This document shows, one piece after another, positions 26,318-34,926 of a DNA stretch of 64,000 bases. The position numbers and the translations under genes are program-made. Source of the DNA: Spirochaetota bacterium (GTDB taxonomy: Bacteria > Spirochaetota > UBA4802 > UBA5550); assembly GCA_016928865.1 (NCBI GenBank), contig JAFGJX010000067.1, forward strand, positions 55,618-119,617. Direction: 5' to 3'. The first letter of the stretch is position 1. The number at the start of each line of letters is the position of its first letter. The notes under the pieces are model-generated. The model was not told the DNA's origin, made no database searches, and saw only the letters and a program-made list of their open reading frames with translations.

Positions 26318-27469
26318 TTATCTGCGAATAAAACTCGATATGACCTCAATATGATGCGTGCAGGGAAACATGTCAATGAGCGACAGTGATTCCAGCCGAT
26401 ATCCCGCACGCATGAAATCCCTGGCATCCCTCGCGAAGGTAGACGGGTTGCATGAAACATACAACAGCGCGGCCGGTCCAATCGCAATGATCGTTCGGCG
26501 TGTTTTTTTGTCTATTCCGGCGCGGGGGGGATCAATGACGACAAGTCCGGGGCGCAGCCGGCCGGGATGAATCAGGGCCGATGGCAGCGCCTGGAACCGA
26601 ATGTTCGTGATGCCATTGCGTGCGGCATTTCGTTTAGCCCACCTGATACTCTCTTTGCTGATGTCGATCCCGACGCCCTCACTGGCCTGGCCGGCCAGGC
26701 AGAGACTGAAGAAGCCCACGCCGCATCCGATATCGAGGAATGACCGCCGGATGTCATTGCCTGCATATTCTTTGACGATCTCGATCATTCTGTCGCGAAG
26801 AATCCGATTTGATTGAAAAAAGGAGCCGAGCCCCCGTGAAAAGGAGATGCCGCAAGCTGTCTCCCGAACTGTCTTATCGGGCCCGCGGGATGTGACGACC
26901 ATGCCTGTTGAGTCGCTGGCAATACGGAAATCTCCTGGCCCGGAATGACGGGGGTGCTGACTCAGCCAGTCGTTCAGCTCGTTTCCAAGAAGAAGACACC
27001 CCGTGTTGCCGAGCGGCACGAGGTCGTTTGATCCTCTGCGGAAGAAGCCGAGATTTCCGGCGCGTGCCTTAAGCGTGGCATGGCTCCGGTAGTTAAAGCG
27101 ATTCCCGTGCACCAGTCTGATTCCTGGCATTTTGTCCGCATCCGCACCGGAAATGCGTATGAGACAATCGAGCACTATTGTCTCTTTTAATCTGAGCTCG
27201 TGATCGTATGAAAGGTGCTGGTAACAGCATCCGCCGCACTGTCCATACAGCGGGCATGCGGGAATGATCCTGTCAGCTGAACCGTGAATGATCGCTTCGA
27301 TGGCGCCGATTGAGTAATCTTTTTTATGTTCGGTTATGCGCACCAGAACCTCTTCCCCGGGAATGCCTGCGGGGACAAGGACGGCTTTGCCGTCGATGCG
27401 GCCCAGAGAATATCCTCCGTAAAGGGGTTTTTCAAGGGTAATGGGAACCGATTCCGTTTCGTGAGGCAT
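26318..27469 (-). CDS. RNA (uracil-5)-methyltransferase, RumA/RlmD/TrmA family
   Basis: TRAM-like N-terminus, a Cys cluster (CPLYGQCGGCCYQH), a SAM fold (LDIGCGVGFFS) and a catalytic region (DPPRAGI...VSCNP). Confidence 0.85.
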   Translation of the reverse strand: MPHETESVPITLEKPLYGGYSLGRIDGKAVLVPAGIPGEEVLVRITEHKKDYSIGAIEAIIHGSADRIIPACPLYGQCGGCCYQHLSYDHELRLKETIVLDCLIRISGADADKMPGIRLVHGNRFNYRSHATLKARAGNLGFFRRGSNDLVPLGNTGCLLLGNELNDWLSQHPRHSGPGDFRIASDSTGMVVTSRGPDKTVRETACGISFSRGLGSFFQSNRILRDRMIEIVKEYAGNDIRRSFLDIGCGVGFFSLCLAGQASEGVGIDISKESIRWAKRNAARNGITNIRFQALPSALIHPGRLRPGLVVIDPPRAGIDKKTRRTIIAIGPAALLYVSCNPSTFARDARDFMRAGYRLESLSLIDMFPCTHHIEVISSFIRR

Positions 27470-27495
27470 ATTTACAGCAATTTATAAAATTCTAT

Positions 27496-27524
27496 TTGAC
27501 AATCGCCAGTGACTGGCATATCAA
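27496..27524 (+). promoter_or_regulatory. Candidate sigma70 promoter
   Basis: TTGACA (27496-27501), a 17-nt spacer, then TATCAA (27519-27524). The spacer contains the small dyad GCCAGT-G-ACTGGC. Confidence 0.35.
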
Positions 27525-27621
27525 TTTTTGTTATGCCGGTTGTTGCAAAATCAGTCAATACATTTACGATGCATGACCGGCAAGGATTTGAATTTATCAT
27601 TATGCTTCCAGGCCGGCGCAT

Positions 27622-29181
27622 ATGAAAAAAATATCAATCATGCTGATCCTTTTCGTGCAGCTTGCTGTGGCAGTTTCCTGCTCAAAGAAAGGGATCATGG
27701 AGAAGGAGCCGAACAATACCTTCTCAACAGCCGGTTCGGTAACCGTGGACGCCCCCCATCTCGGCTTTATGCAGACTCCAGAAGACAGAGATTTTTATAT
27801 TATTTCAATCGAGGAACAGGGTGCCGTCGATATACGGGTTTCGGGCGTCAGGGGCATAAATCTCGCCTTCAAGATCTGGCGCGGTGAGGAGGAGCCTCGT
27901 CTGATAAAGGTTATTGATGACAACCGGAAGTCATCGCCGGAAAGAATGCCCAATCTTTCTGTTCTCCCGGGAATCTATTATCTGGAGCTGTTTCAGAGCC
28001 CCCGCGATCCTAAGAAAATTAATAATGAGATACCTTATGAGCTGACACTGAAGCTACGGGATATGATCTCCGAGGAGTCTGAGCCGAACGACTCGATGGA
28101 TGATGCGGACACCCTGTATCCGGACCGGGAGATCATCGGCTATTATGCGCCCGGCTACAACAGGATGAATGAGGACAGGGAAAATCTTCACAGGGAGGAA
28201 GACTGGTATGTGATGGATATCGGTCTTGATCCTGATAAAATACCGCTCCTCGATCTGTCGCTCTCCGGCGTGACCGGCGTTAATTCGATTATGGCCCTCT
28301 ATGATTCAGAGGGCACCCTCATGGTTGAATCCGATAACGGCCAAATGAACGAGCCGGAAACGATATCCGGAGCGGGCATAAAAAAACCGGGGAGCTATTA
28401 TATCCTTGTGGCATCAAGGGGTTATGCGGCGAATAATGATGAACCATACCGCCTGAATGCCGTCCTGAGGGAGCATGATTCCGGATCTGAGTTCGAGCCG
28501 AATGATGATTTCGAGTCGGCGAATCCGATCAGCAACAATATCGTGACTGCAACCATACATTCAAAAGACGATTCGGACGTATTCCTCTACGAGTTGTCGG
28601 AAGGGCCGTCGCTCTTCAGAATCGAGCTAAAGCCGCCCGAGGATATGAATGCGATCCTTTCCATATATGGAGAGGGGCGTGAAAAGATCATTGATATCAA
28701 CGCCGGGGGCAGGGGAAAGAAGGAAGTCTATCCGAATTTCTTTGCCGATGACAAATTTTACATTGGAGTAACCGCAAAGACGGGGGAAAAGCTTCCGACA
28801 GACGAGTATATACTGACCGTGACACGGCTCGGTGACTCGGAAAGCCAGGAGAGAGAACCGAACAACGATATCGCTCATGCCGGGATCGTAACGGGGAATT
28901 CAATTTCCGGCTATACCTCTGCGAGGGGAGACAGGGATTTTTTCCGGCTTGCCTACGATATGCGGGTGAAGGAGCGGTTTGAGGTAAGCGGACCTGATGG
29001 AGGCGCCATTAAGGTATCGATTACCGATCCACTCGGTTATATCATCAAGAGCGTGGAAGTCAGCGGCGATCGGAAGATGATTTTCAACGAGATGATTGAC
29101 AAGAAAGGTTATATTATTATAGATTCTGTCAGAGAAGATTTTGATAATCCTTATACAATCATTCTCAGAGGTGTGCAATGA
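27622..29181 (+). CDS. Lipoprotein composed of four tandem pre-peptidase C-terminal (PPC)-like domains
   Basis: Lipobox LAVAVSC. Four ~120-aa repeats start at EPNN (aa 29), EPND (154), EPND (292) and EPNN (412). Each has a D.D.(F/W/V)(Y/F) motif and ends in a (P/E)Y.(L/I) strand. Confidence 0.75.
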   Translation: MKKISIMLILFVQLAVAVSCSKKGIMEKEPNNTFSTAGSVTVDAPHLGFMQTPEDRDFYIISIEEQGAVDIRVSGVRGINLAFKIWRGEEEPRLIKVIDDNRKSSPERMPNLSVLPGIYYLELFQSPRDPKKINNEIPYELTLKLRDMISEESEPNDSMDDADTLYPDREIIGYYAPGYNRMNEDRENLHREEDWYVMDIGLDPDKIPLLDLSLSGVTGVNSIMALYDSEGTLMVESDNGQMNEPETISGAGIKKPGSYYILVASRGYAANNDEPYRLNAVLREHDSGSEFEPNDDFESANPISNNIVTATIHSKDDSDVFLYELSEGPSLFRIELKPPEDMNAILSIYGEGREKIIDINAGGRGKKEVYPNFFADDKFYIGVTAKTGEKLPTDEYILTVTRLGDSESQEREPNNDIAHAGIVTGNSISGYTSARGDRDFFRLAYDMRVKERFEVSGPDGGAIKVSITDPLGYIIKSVEVSGDRKMIFNEMIDKKGYIIIDSVREDFDNPYTIILRGVQ

Positions 29182-29645
29182 AGAAATCCGCAACCCCGCT
29201 TGCGTTAATCCTGTGTCTGGCGTTGATGGCGGGGTGCGCCACGGCGCCCCCGGGAGGCGATGGCGCCGATGATCCATACAAGCTGCCGGAAAGATATAAT
29301 TTTCGCTTTATCGGCTTTGATGCCGAGATCGACAATCCTGAAAATGACCGGCGATCGTATTATAAGGTATACATTGACAAGGCGGAGGAGGGGCGTACGA
29401 CAACCGGGCTTGAATCGCAGGAAAAGTACTACGAAGCCAGCCTGCTGCCGAACCGCCATCTGGTCACTGTTGAGAAGTGGGTCCTGGATCCCAAAACGTC
29501 AAGCTATATAAAATTAAACAATATCGAACAACCGAAACCGAATTATTTTTACTTTGATCTGCCGGAAAACAGGATCGTGACCATAGAGATGAAGACCATG
29601 AAGGATGGACAGACCGAATACCTGGTTGATTTTGAGAGGAAGTGA
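29178..29645 (+). CDS. Hypothetical lipoprotein, 155 aa
   Basis: MKKSATPLALILCLALMAGC lipobox. Its start overlaps the stop of the PPC-repeat gene by 4 nt. Confidence 0.6.
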   Translation: MKKSATPLALILCLALMAGCATAPPGGDGADDPYKLPERYNFRFIGFDAEIDNPENDRRSYYKVYIDKAEEGRTTTGLESQEKYYEASLLPNRHLVTVEKWVLDPKTSSYIKLNNIEQPKPNYFYFDLPENRIVTIEMKTMKDGQTEYLVDFERK

Positions 29646-29678
29646 GCGGGACGTGGATTCGCCCCGCCCTGAAAGCCA

Positions 29679-30713
29679 TCAGTCAATTACACTGGCGTCA
29701 GCTTTTTCCTTTCTTGAGATCCTGTTCAGGTAGTAGTTTTTGGCAACGGCAAGGGGAAGATTGTAATCCTGCCGAGCGTTCCACATTATGTAGCCCTTGA
29801 CACCCGCGTCGTGAACCGCCCTGACCTGATCGAGTACATATTTTTCAAAAGGAATGCCGGACATCTTCATTTTAAATGCCTGGATGTAGGTGACAATCAT
29901 CGCGTTTTTGCTCCTGAGCTTTGCGCGGGTCGATGTTTCGTGCACGGTGTAATAGGGATCGGCGTAAAACTTTCTGCTCCAGCTGTAATGCGAGGGATAG
30001 GCCATGGGGCATATGATGTCGGCAACCTTGTCCAGACTCTCCATCTTCTGTCCTATTATATCATCATTGTTGAGCGGGATGCGACCGAAAACATCGGCCG
30101 CTATCAGAACGTTGTACTTATCAATCCGAGCACGCGCCTTCAGGATGAAATCTTCAATATACTTGTAGCGTTGCGCATATGTGAGATGGCGCGTGCTTCC
30201 CGAATCGTTAAAACGGATGTAATCGAACTGGATCTCCCTGAATCCGTTCTTGCATGCGTCTTCCGCAATTGATATCCTGTCGTTGATATAGCCCTCGGAA
30301 GCCGGATAGTGTCTGAGCCCGTCGGGAAAGACTACTATGCGCGCAATCGGATGGATGCCGTTCTCCTTGCAGTATCGTACGTTTGACGCCGGCACCATGC
30401 ACTTGACGTATCTGGCGCTCTGAACATCGAGCACCATTGTGTTCATGCCCGCCGATTTAGCCTTCGCGACCAGATCCCGAAGCTTTTCAATGTTCGTGGC
30501 TGAAGATACGGTAAGATATATGCCGCGGTAGAATTCCGGATACTGATATGGTTTTTCATCGGGAACTCCGGTATTGGTTTTCTCGTTAAAGAATTGAGCA
30601 ACGACGATATTGTCTTCTCTGGCGTAATTAAGGGATTGGAAGATCCTTCCGGGCAGGTTGCTGATGAGGAAGAATCCTCCGGTAAACAGGAGCAGAAAAA
30701 CGATTTTTTTCAT
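29679..30713 (-). CDS. Putative glycoside-hydrolase-like TIM-barrel protein (DUF4015/GHL type)
   Basis: Signal/anchor MKKIVFLLLFTGGFFLI, then FYRGIYLTVSSATNIEKLRDLVAKAKSAGMNTMVLDVQ, which is typical of this family. Confidence 0.6.
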   Translation of the reverse strand: MKKIVFLLLFTGGFFLISNLPGRIFQSLNYAREDNIVVAQFFNEKTNTGVPDEKPYQYPEFYRGIYLTVSSATNIEKLRDLVAKAKSAGMNTMVLDVQSARYVKCMVPASNVRYCKENGIHPIARIVVFPDGLRHYPASEGYINDRISIAEDACKNGFREIQFDYIRFNDSGSTRHLTYAQRYKYIEDFILKARARIDKYNVLIAADVFGRIPLNNDDIIGQKMESLDKVADIICPMAYPSHYSWSRKFYADPYYTVHETSTRAKLRSKNAMIVTYIQAFKMKMSGIPFEKYVLDQVRAVHDAGVKGYIMWNARQDYNLPLAVAKNYYLNRISRKEKADASVID

Positions 30714-31227
30714 AGGAACCTCAAAAAGTTAAATTAACGGATTATAGCAGATTGTTGAAATATTGAAAGCATAATTTCACGTCAATAGGCTTTTTTCTGC
30801 ATTAACCGGGATGGTGTCAGCCCGGATGATACAGAAAAGAGAAATCTCGTTCACAGTGTAAATATCGACAGCAGGAGTTTTTTTAATTAGACAAGTACCC
30901 GGCAGGGCTTTCCGGTGGACGTGAGAAGCGTTTTCTCGAAAATTCTATTTCACTACAAAAAATCGCTAATTTTTTATAAACAATTTTTAATATAAATAAT
31001 AATTATTTATTTTCTACTATTGACACAGGTGTGGATTTTTATTATCTATATTAAAGAAAGTACTCGAATTGTCTGCATTACGCTATCAAAAGGATACCTC
31101 AACGCGGATTTCAATGTACAGATGATCCTGAAGAGCATCTTGGTCAGGTTCGTGCATGATATTCCATATCTCAATGTGGTAAGATTTCACTTTTGTATGC
31201 GTTAAAATTTATTTGTCACGGTGCTAC

Positions 31228-33003
31228 ATGTATATACCCCCTGAAACGCTGGATCTTATCAGGAGCAAGGTTGCCATTCAGGATATTGTCAAGCGATATG
31301 TTCCATCATTGAAGAAACGGGGGAAGAATTATACCGGCCTGTGTCCATTCCACAAGGAAAAAACGCCGTCATTTTCAGTCTCTCCAGACAAGCAGATCTT
31401 CTACTGTTTCGGATGCCACACGGGGGGCAATATCTTTACCTTTATTTCAAAAATTGAGAGGCTGGATTTTCCGGAGAGCGTTAAATTTGTCGCAGACATT
31501 GCCGGCGTTCCAATCATTTCGGAGAAGAGGGGGGATACCGATGCCCTTGAGGCTTTTCACCGACTGAACCGGGGCGCCATGGAAATGTACCATGCATATA
31601 TCAAATCGCCTGCCGGCAAAAAGGGGCTCGGCTATATCGCCTCCAGAGGGGTGACGGAAGCGAGTATACGGGATTTTGCCATAGGCTATGCGCCTGATTC
31701 GTGGGACTATCTGGCCCGCGGCCTGATAAAGTCTGAACGGGACCGCGAGTATGCGGAAAGCATGGGCCTTATCAAGAGGAGCCAGAAACGCGCGAACAGC
31801 CATTACGACGTGTTTCGAAACAGGATCATCTTCCCGATATCCGATATAAACGGTCGCGTTGTGGGGTTCGGCGGGAGGACGATCGGCGACGATCCGCGCA
31901 AGTATATCAATTCGTCTGAATCCCAGGTTTTCAAGAAGAGGAACATACTGTACGGGCTTAACCGCGCTCGTGAATCGATAAAGGAGCTAAACCGGGCCAT
32001 TGTCGTCGAGGGATACCTGGATGTGATAGGGTGTCACCAGGCGGGAATAACAAATGTCATTGCGCCGCTCGGGACCGCGATTACCGCCGATCAGATCAGA
32101 CTTCTCGGCCACTATTGTACCGAGATAATATTCCTGTTCGACGCCGATTCGGCCGGCCTGAAGGCCGCCGCGCGGTCTCTTGATCTTTCTGAGGAGACAA
32201 ACCTGAACATCAGAATCGGAATGCTGCCGCAGGGTGATCCGTTTGACTACGTCACGACAAAGGGACCCCGCGAGTTCATGGCGGTAGTTGACACCTCGCT
32301 GCGACCGACAGATTTCAGGATAGCCCGGGTTATGGATGATTTTAGCGCCGCCGGCAGGGCGGGCACGCTGCTGCGGTTGTTTGCGGTCATACGGGACCTG
32401 AAACTTGAGACCGAGAGGAGCGAATATCTTAAGAAAATCAGCGCCTTGCTCAATGTCGATGAAAACTCTGTGCGGGCGGATTTTAAAAACTATATGACAA
32501 ATCAGCAGCCTGTTCCGGCGACAAGCGGGCGGCCGGGGCCGGTATCGAGCGAACAGGTCGATGTCGTAACCAGGGGATATCGAGACCTGATACGCCTGAT
32601 TTGCCATCATCCCGAACTCATCTCGAAAGCGGCGATCGATTTTACGATTGGAGAAATCCAGGATCAGCTCGCCCGGAATATATTGTGGAAAATGACCGAA
32701 CTGTACAATGAAAACCGTGAATTTTCAATCGATAAAATATTTGACTTTTTCACTTCCGGCCCGGAAATGGATTTTTTGAATCAGGCGATGAACGACGAGT
32801 TCCTGATCGAAAATCCCGGTTCGGCGTATACTGAAATTTATCTTAAAATGAAAGTTTACGAAATTGACGATAAAATCAACAGGTATGACGCCTTGTTGAA
32901 ATCGTCACCCGGGGTGAACTCAAATATATATCTGACTGAAATCGAGGTTTTAAGAAGGGAAAAGGAGAAACTGCTGAACTTCGTATACAACAAGGTTTCA
33001 TGA
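31228..33003 (+). CDS. dnaG: DNA primase
   Basis: Zinc ribbon CPFHKEKTPSFSVSPDKQIFYCFGCHTGGNIFTF and a TOPRIM domain (VVEGYLDVI...LFDADSAG). ATG 31228 preferred over TTG 31213. Confidence 0.92.
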   Translation: MYIPPETLDLIRSKVAIQDIVKRYVPSLKKRGKNYTGLCPFHKEKTPSFSVSPDKQIFYCFGCHTGGNIFTFISKIERLDFPESVKFVADIAGVPIISEKRGDTDALEAFHRLNRGAMEMYHAYIKSPAGKKGLGYIASRGVTEASIRDFAIGYAPDSWDYLARGLIKSERDREYAESMGLIKRSQKRANSHYDVFRNRIIFPISDINGRVVGFGGRTIGDDPRKYINSSESQVFKKRNILYGLNRARESIKELNRAIVVEGYLDVIGCHQAGITNVIAPLGTAITADQIRLLGHYCTEIIFLFDADSAGLKAAARSLDLSEETNLNIRIGMLPQGDPFDYVTTKGPREFMAVVDTSLRPTDFRIARVMDDFSAAGRAGTLLRLFAVIRDLKLETERSEYLKKISALLNVDENSVRADFKNYMTNQQPVPATSGRPGPVSSEQVDVVTRGYRDLIRLICHHPELISKAAIDFTIGEIQDQLARNILWKMTELYNENREFSIDKIFDFFTSGPEMDFLNQAMNDEFLIENPGSAYTEIYLKMKVYEIDDKINRYDALLKSSPGVNSNIYLTEIEVLRREKEKLLNFVYNKVS

Positions 33004-33094
33004 CGCCTGATGGTGCGCAGGAGCAGCAGCCGTTCCGGCCGAAGCGCGGACGAATGGTATTTATAAAATATATTATAAAGGACAGGATAGCAGC

Positions 33095-34867
33095 ATGAGC
33101 AAGAAAGAGATGACCCTGGACGCCGTTCCGGAAGTAAAAAAATTAATCGAGATAGGGAAGCTGAACGGCGAAGTGACGTATGACGAGATCAATGATGTGC
33201 TTCCCGACAAGCTGCTCAACTCGGAAAAGATAGACGATGTTTTTATCCTTCTCAATCAGATGGGCATCGAAGTCGTCGAGGAATCGACGCGGAAGGAGCA
33301 GGCGCTGCCCGGCGTAAAAAAGAAGGGCACAGCCGCTTCATCAAAGAAGAGCGTTGCTGCACAGGCGGAAGGCTCCCATGTTGACGATCCGATTCGCCTC
33401 TATCTGAAGGAAATCGGCAAGGTGTCTCTGCTCTCAGGGGACCAGGAGGTCGATCTCGCAAAGAGGATAGAGGACGGAGAGATTTTGATCGAAGAAACGG
33501 TCTATAACTCGACCCTTCTCGTCAACGACCTCATCAAGAATTATTCGAAGATAAAAAGCGGGAAGATAAAGCTCACCGACGTCCTGAAGGTAAATCGGCT
33601 CTATTATTTTTCTTCTGTAGATCTTGATAAGCTTGAAAAGAAGTTCCACGAGACCATGAAGGTCATTATCGAGGACGATAACAGAATCATACAGTTCGGG
33701 AACAAGCTCAAGAAGGTGGATCCGGAGTCCAAGAAGGCAGATGAATTCAGGGAAAAAATCGAGACGTCCAAGGCCAGCATTCGCAAGACGATACGGAACC
33801 TGGACATAAACGACAATGAGATTAACAAGCTTTCAGCTAAGATAAAATCGATGGTCGCGCGGATACAGGAAACGTATGAATTTTTCACAGAGATCGAGCA
33901 GGATTTTCACCGCGATCTCAAGGAGCTGAAGCACCTGGCGCGCAAGCTGGAAAAGGGCGAGAGCATTACCAAGATCTGCCGCGAGCTGGGGATCAAGAAC
34001 AAGGATGCGCTCCTGGATGTGATCAAAAACGTAAGAAATAACGAGCGGAAGATACGCAGGATCGAGCAGGAAGCGGGCGCATCGGCCGACGATATCATGG
34101 AGTGGGGCAAGCAGATAAATGCCGGCCAGAAAAAGATATCGGTGGCGAAGAAGGAGCTGATCAACGCGAACCTGCGTCTGGTGGTCTCCATCGCCAAAAA
34201 GTACGCGAACCGGGGCATGCATTTTTTTGATCTGATACAGGAGGGGAACATCGGCCTCATAAAGGCGGTCGACAAGTTCGAATACAAGAAGGGCTACAAA
34301 TTTTCGACATACGCGACCTGGTGGATCCGCCAGGCCATTACTCGCGCCATATCGGACCAGGCAAGGACCATCAGGGTGCCGGTCCACATGATCGAGCAGA
34401 TCAACAAGGTGATGCGGGAGACGCGGCTGTTTCAGCAGGAATTCGGCCGCGAGCCATCACCGGAAGAGCTTTCCGACCGGCTGGGATGGGTGGTCGGCAA
34501 GGTCAAGGCGGTTAAAAATGTGGCGCGCGAGCCGATTTCACTCGAGACGCCGGTCGGCGAAGAGGAGGATTCTCTCCTCGGCGATTTTATCGAGGACAAG
34601 GAGGTCGATTCACCGGCGAATACCGCGGCCTACCGGCTTCTTTCCGAGCAGATCAACGCAGTCCTGTCAACCCTTCCCGCACGGGAGCAGAAAGTAATCA
34701 GAATGCGGTTCGGGCTCGACGATGGTTACTCGCACACTCTTGAAGAGGTCGGATACGTGTTCAAGGTCACCCGGGAGCGCATACGTCAGATAGAAGCGAA
34801 GGCGCTCCGGCGGCTGCGACATCCGACCCGCGCCAGAAAACTCAAGGATTATCTGGACCACGTATAG
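33095..34867 (+). CDS. rpoD: RNA polymerase primary sigma factor
   Basis: Regions 1.1 to 4.2, including [41 protein letters not shown] and [28 protein letters not shown]. Confidence 0.95.
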   Translation: MSKKEMTLDAVPEVKKLIEIGKLNGEVTYDEINDVLPDKLLNSEKIDDVFILLNQMGIEVVEESTRKEQALPGVKKKGTAASSKKSVAAQAEGSHVDDPIRLYLKEIGKVSLLSGDQEVDLAKRIEDGEILIEETVYNSTLLVNDLIKNYSKIKSGKIKLTDVLKVNRLYYFSSVDLDKLEKKFHETMKVIIEDDNRIIQFGNKLKKVDPESKKADEFREKIETSKASIRKTIRNLDINDNEINKLSAKIKSMVARIQETYEFFTEIEQDFHRDLKELKHLARKLEKGESITKICRELGIKNKDALLDVIKNVRNNERKIRRIEQEAGASADDIMEWGKQINAGQKKISVAKKELINANLRLVVSIAKKYANRGMHFFDLIQEGNIGLIKAVDKFEYKKGYKFSTYATWWIRQAITRAISDQARTIRVPVHMIEQINKVMRETRLFQQEFGREPSPEELSDRLGWVVGKVKAVKNVAREPISLETPVGEEEDSLLGDFIEDKEVDSPANTAAYRLLSEQINAVLSTLPAREQKVIRMRFGLDDGYSHTLEEVGYVFKVTRERIRQIEAKALRRLRHPTRARKLKDYLDHV

Positions 34868-34926
34868 GCCTTCCGCGGGATACGGGCGGCTTATGGTGTA
34901 CGCATGCGGCATGACACGGTGAAACA

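Noticed and set aside
31020-31205. 61-aa ORF in the dnaG upstream region
   Set aside because: Its first codon is the TTG of the -35-like TTGACA at 31020-31025, it has no RBS, and its low-complexity hydrophobic sequence lies in AT-rich DNA. It is not rpsU-like.
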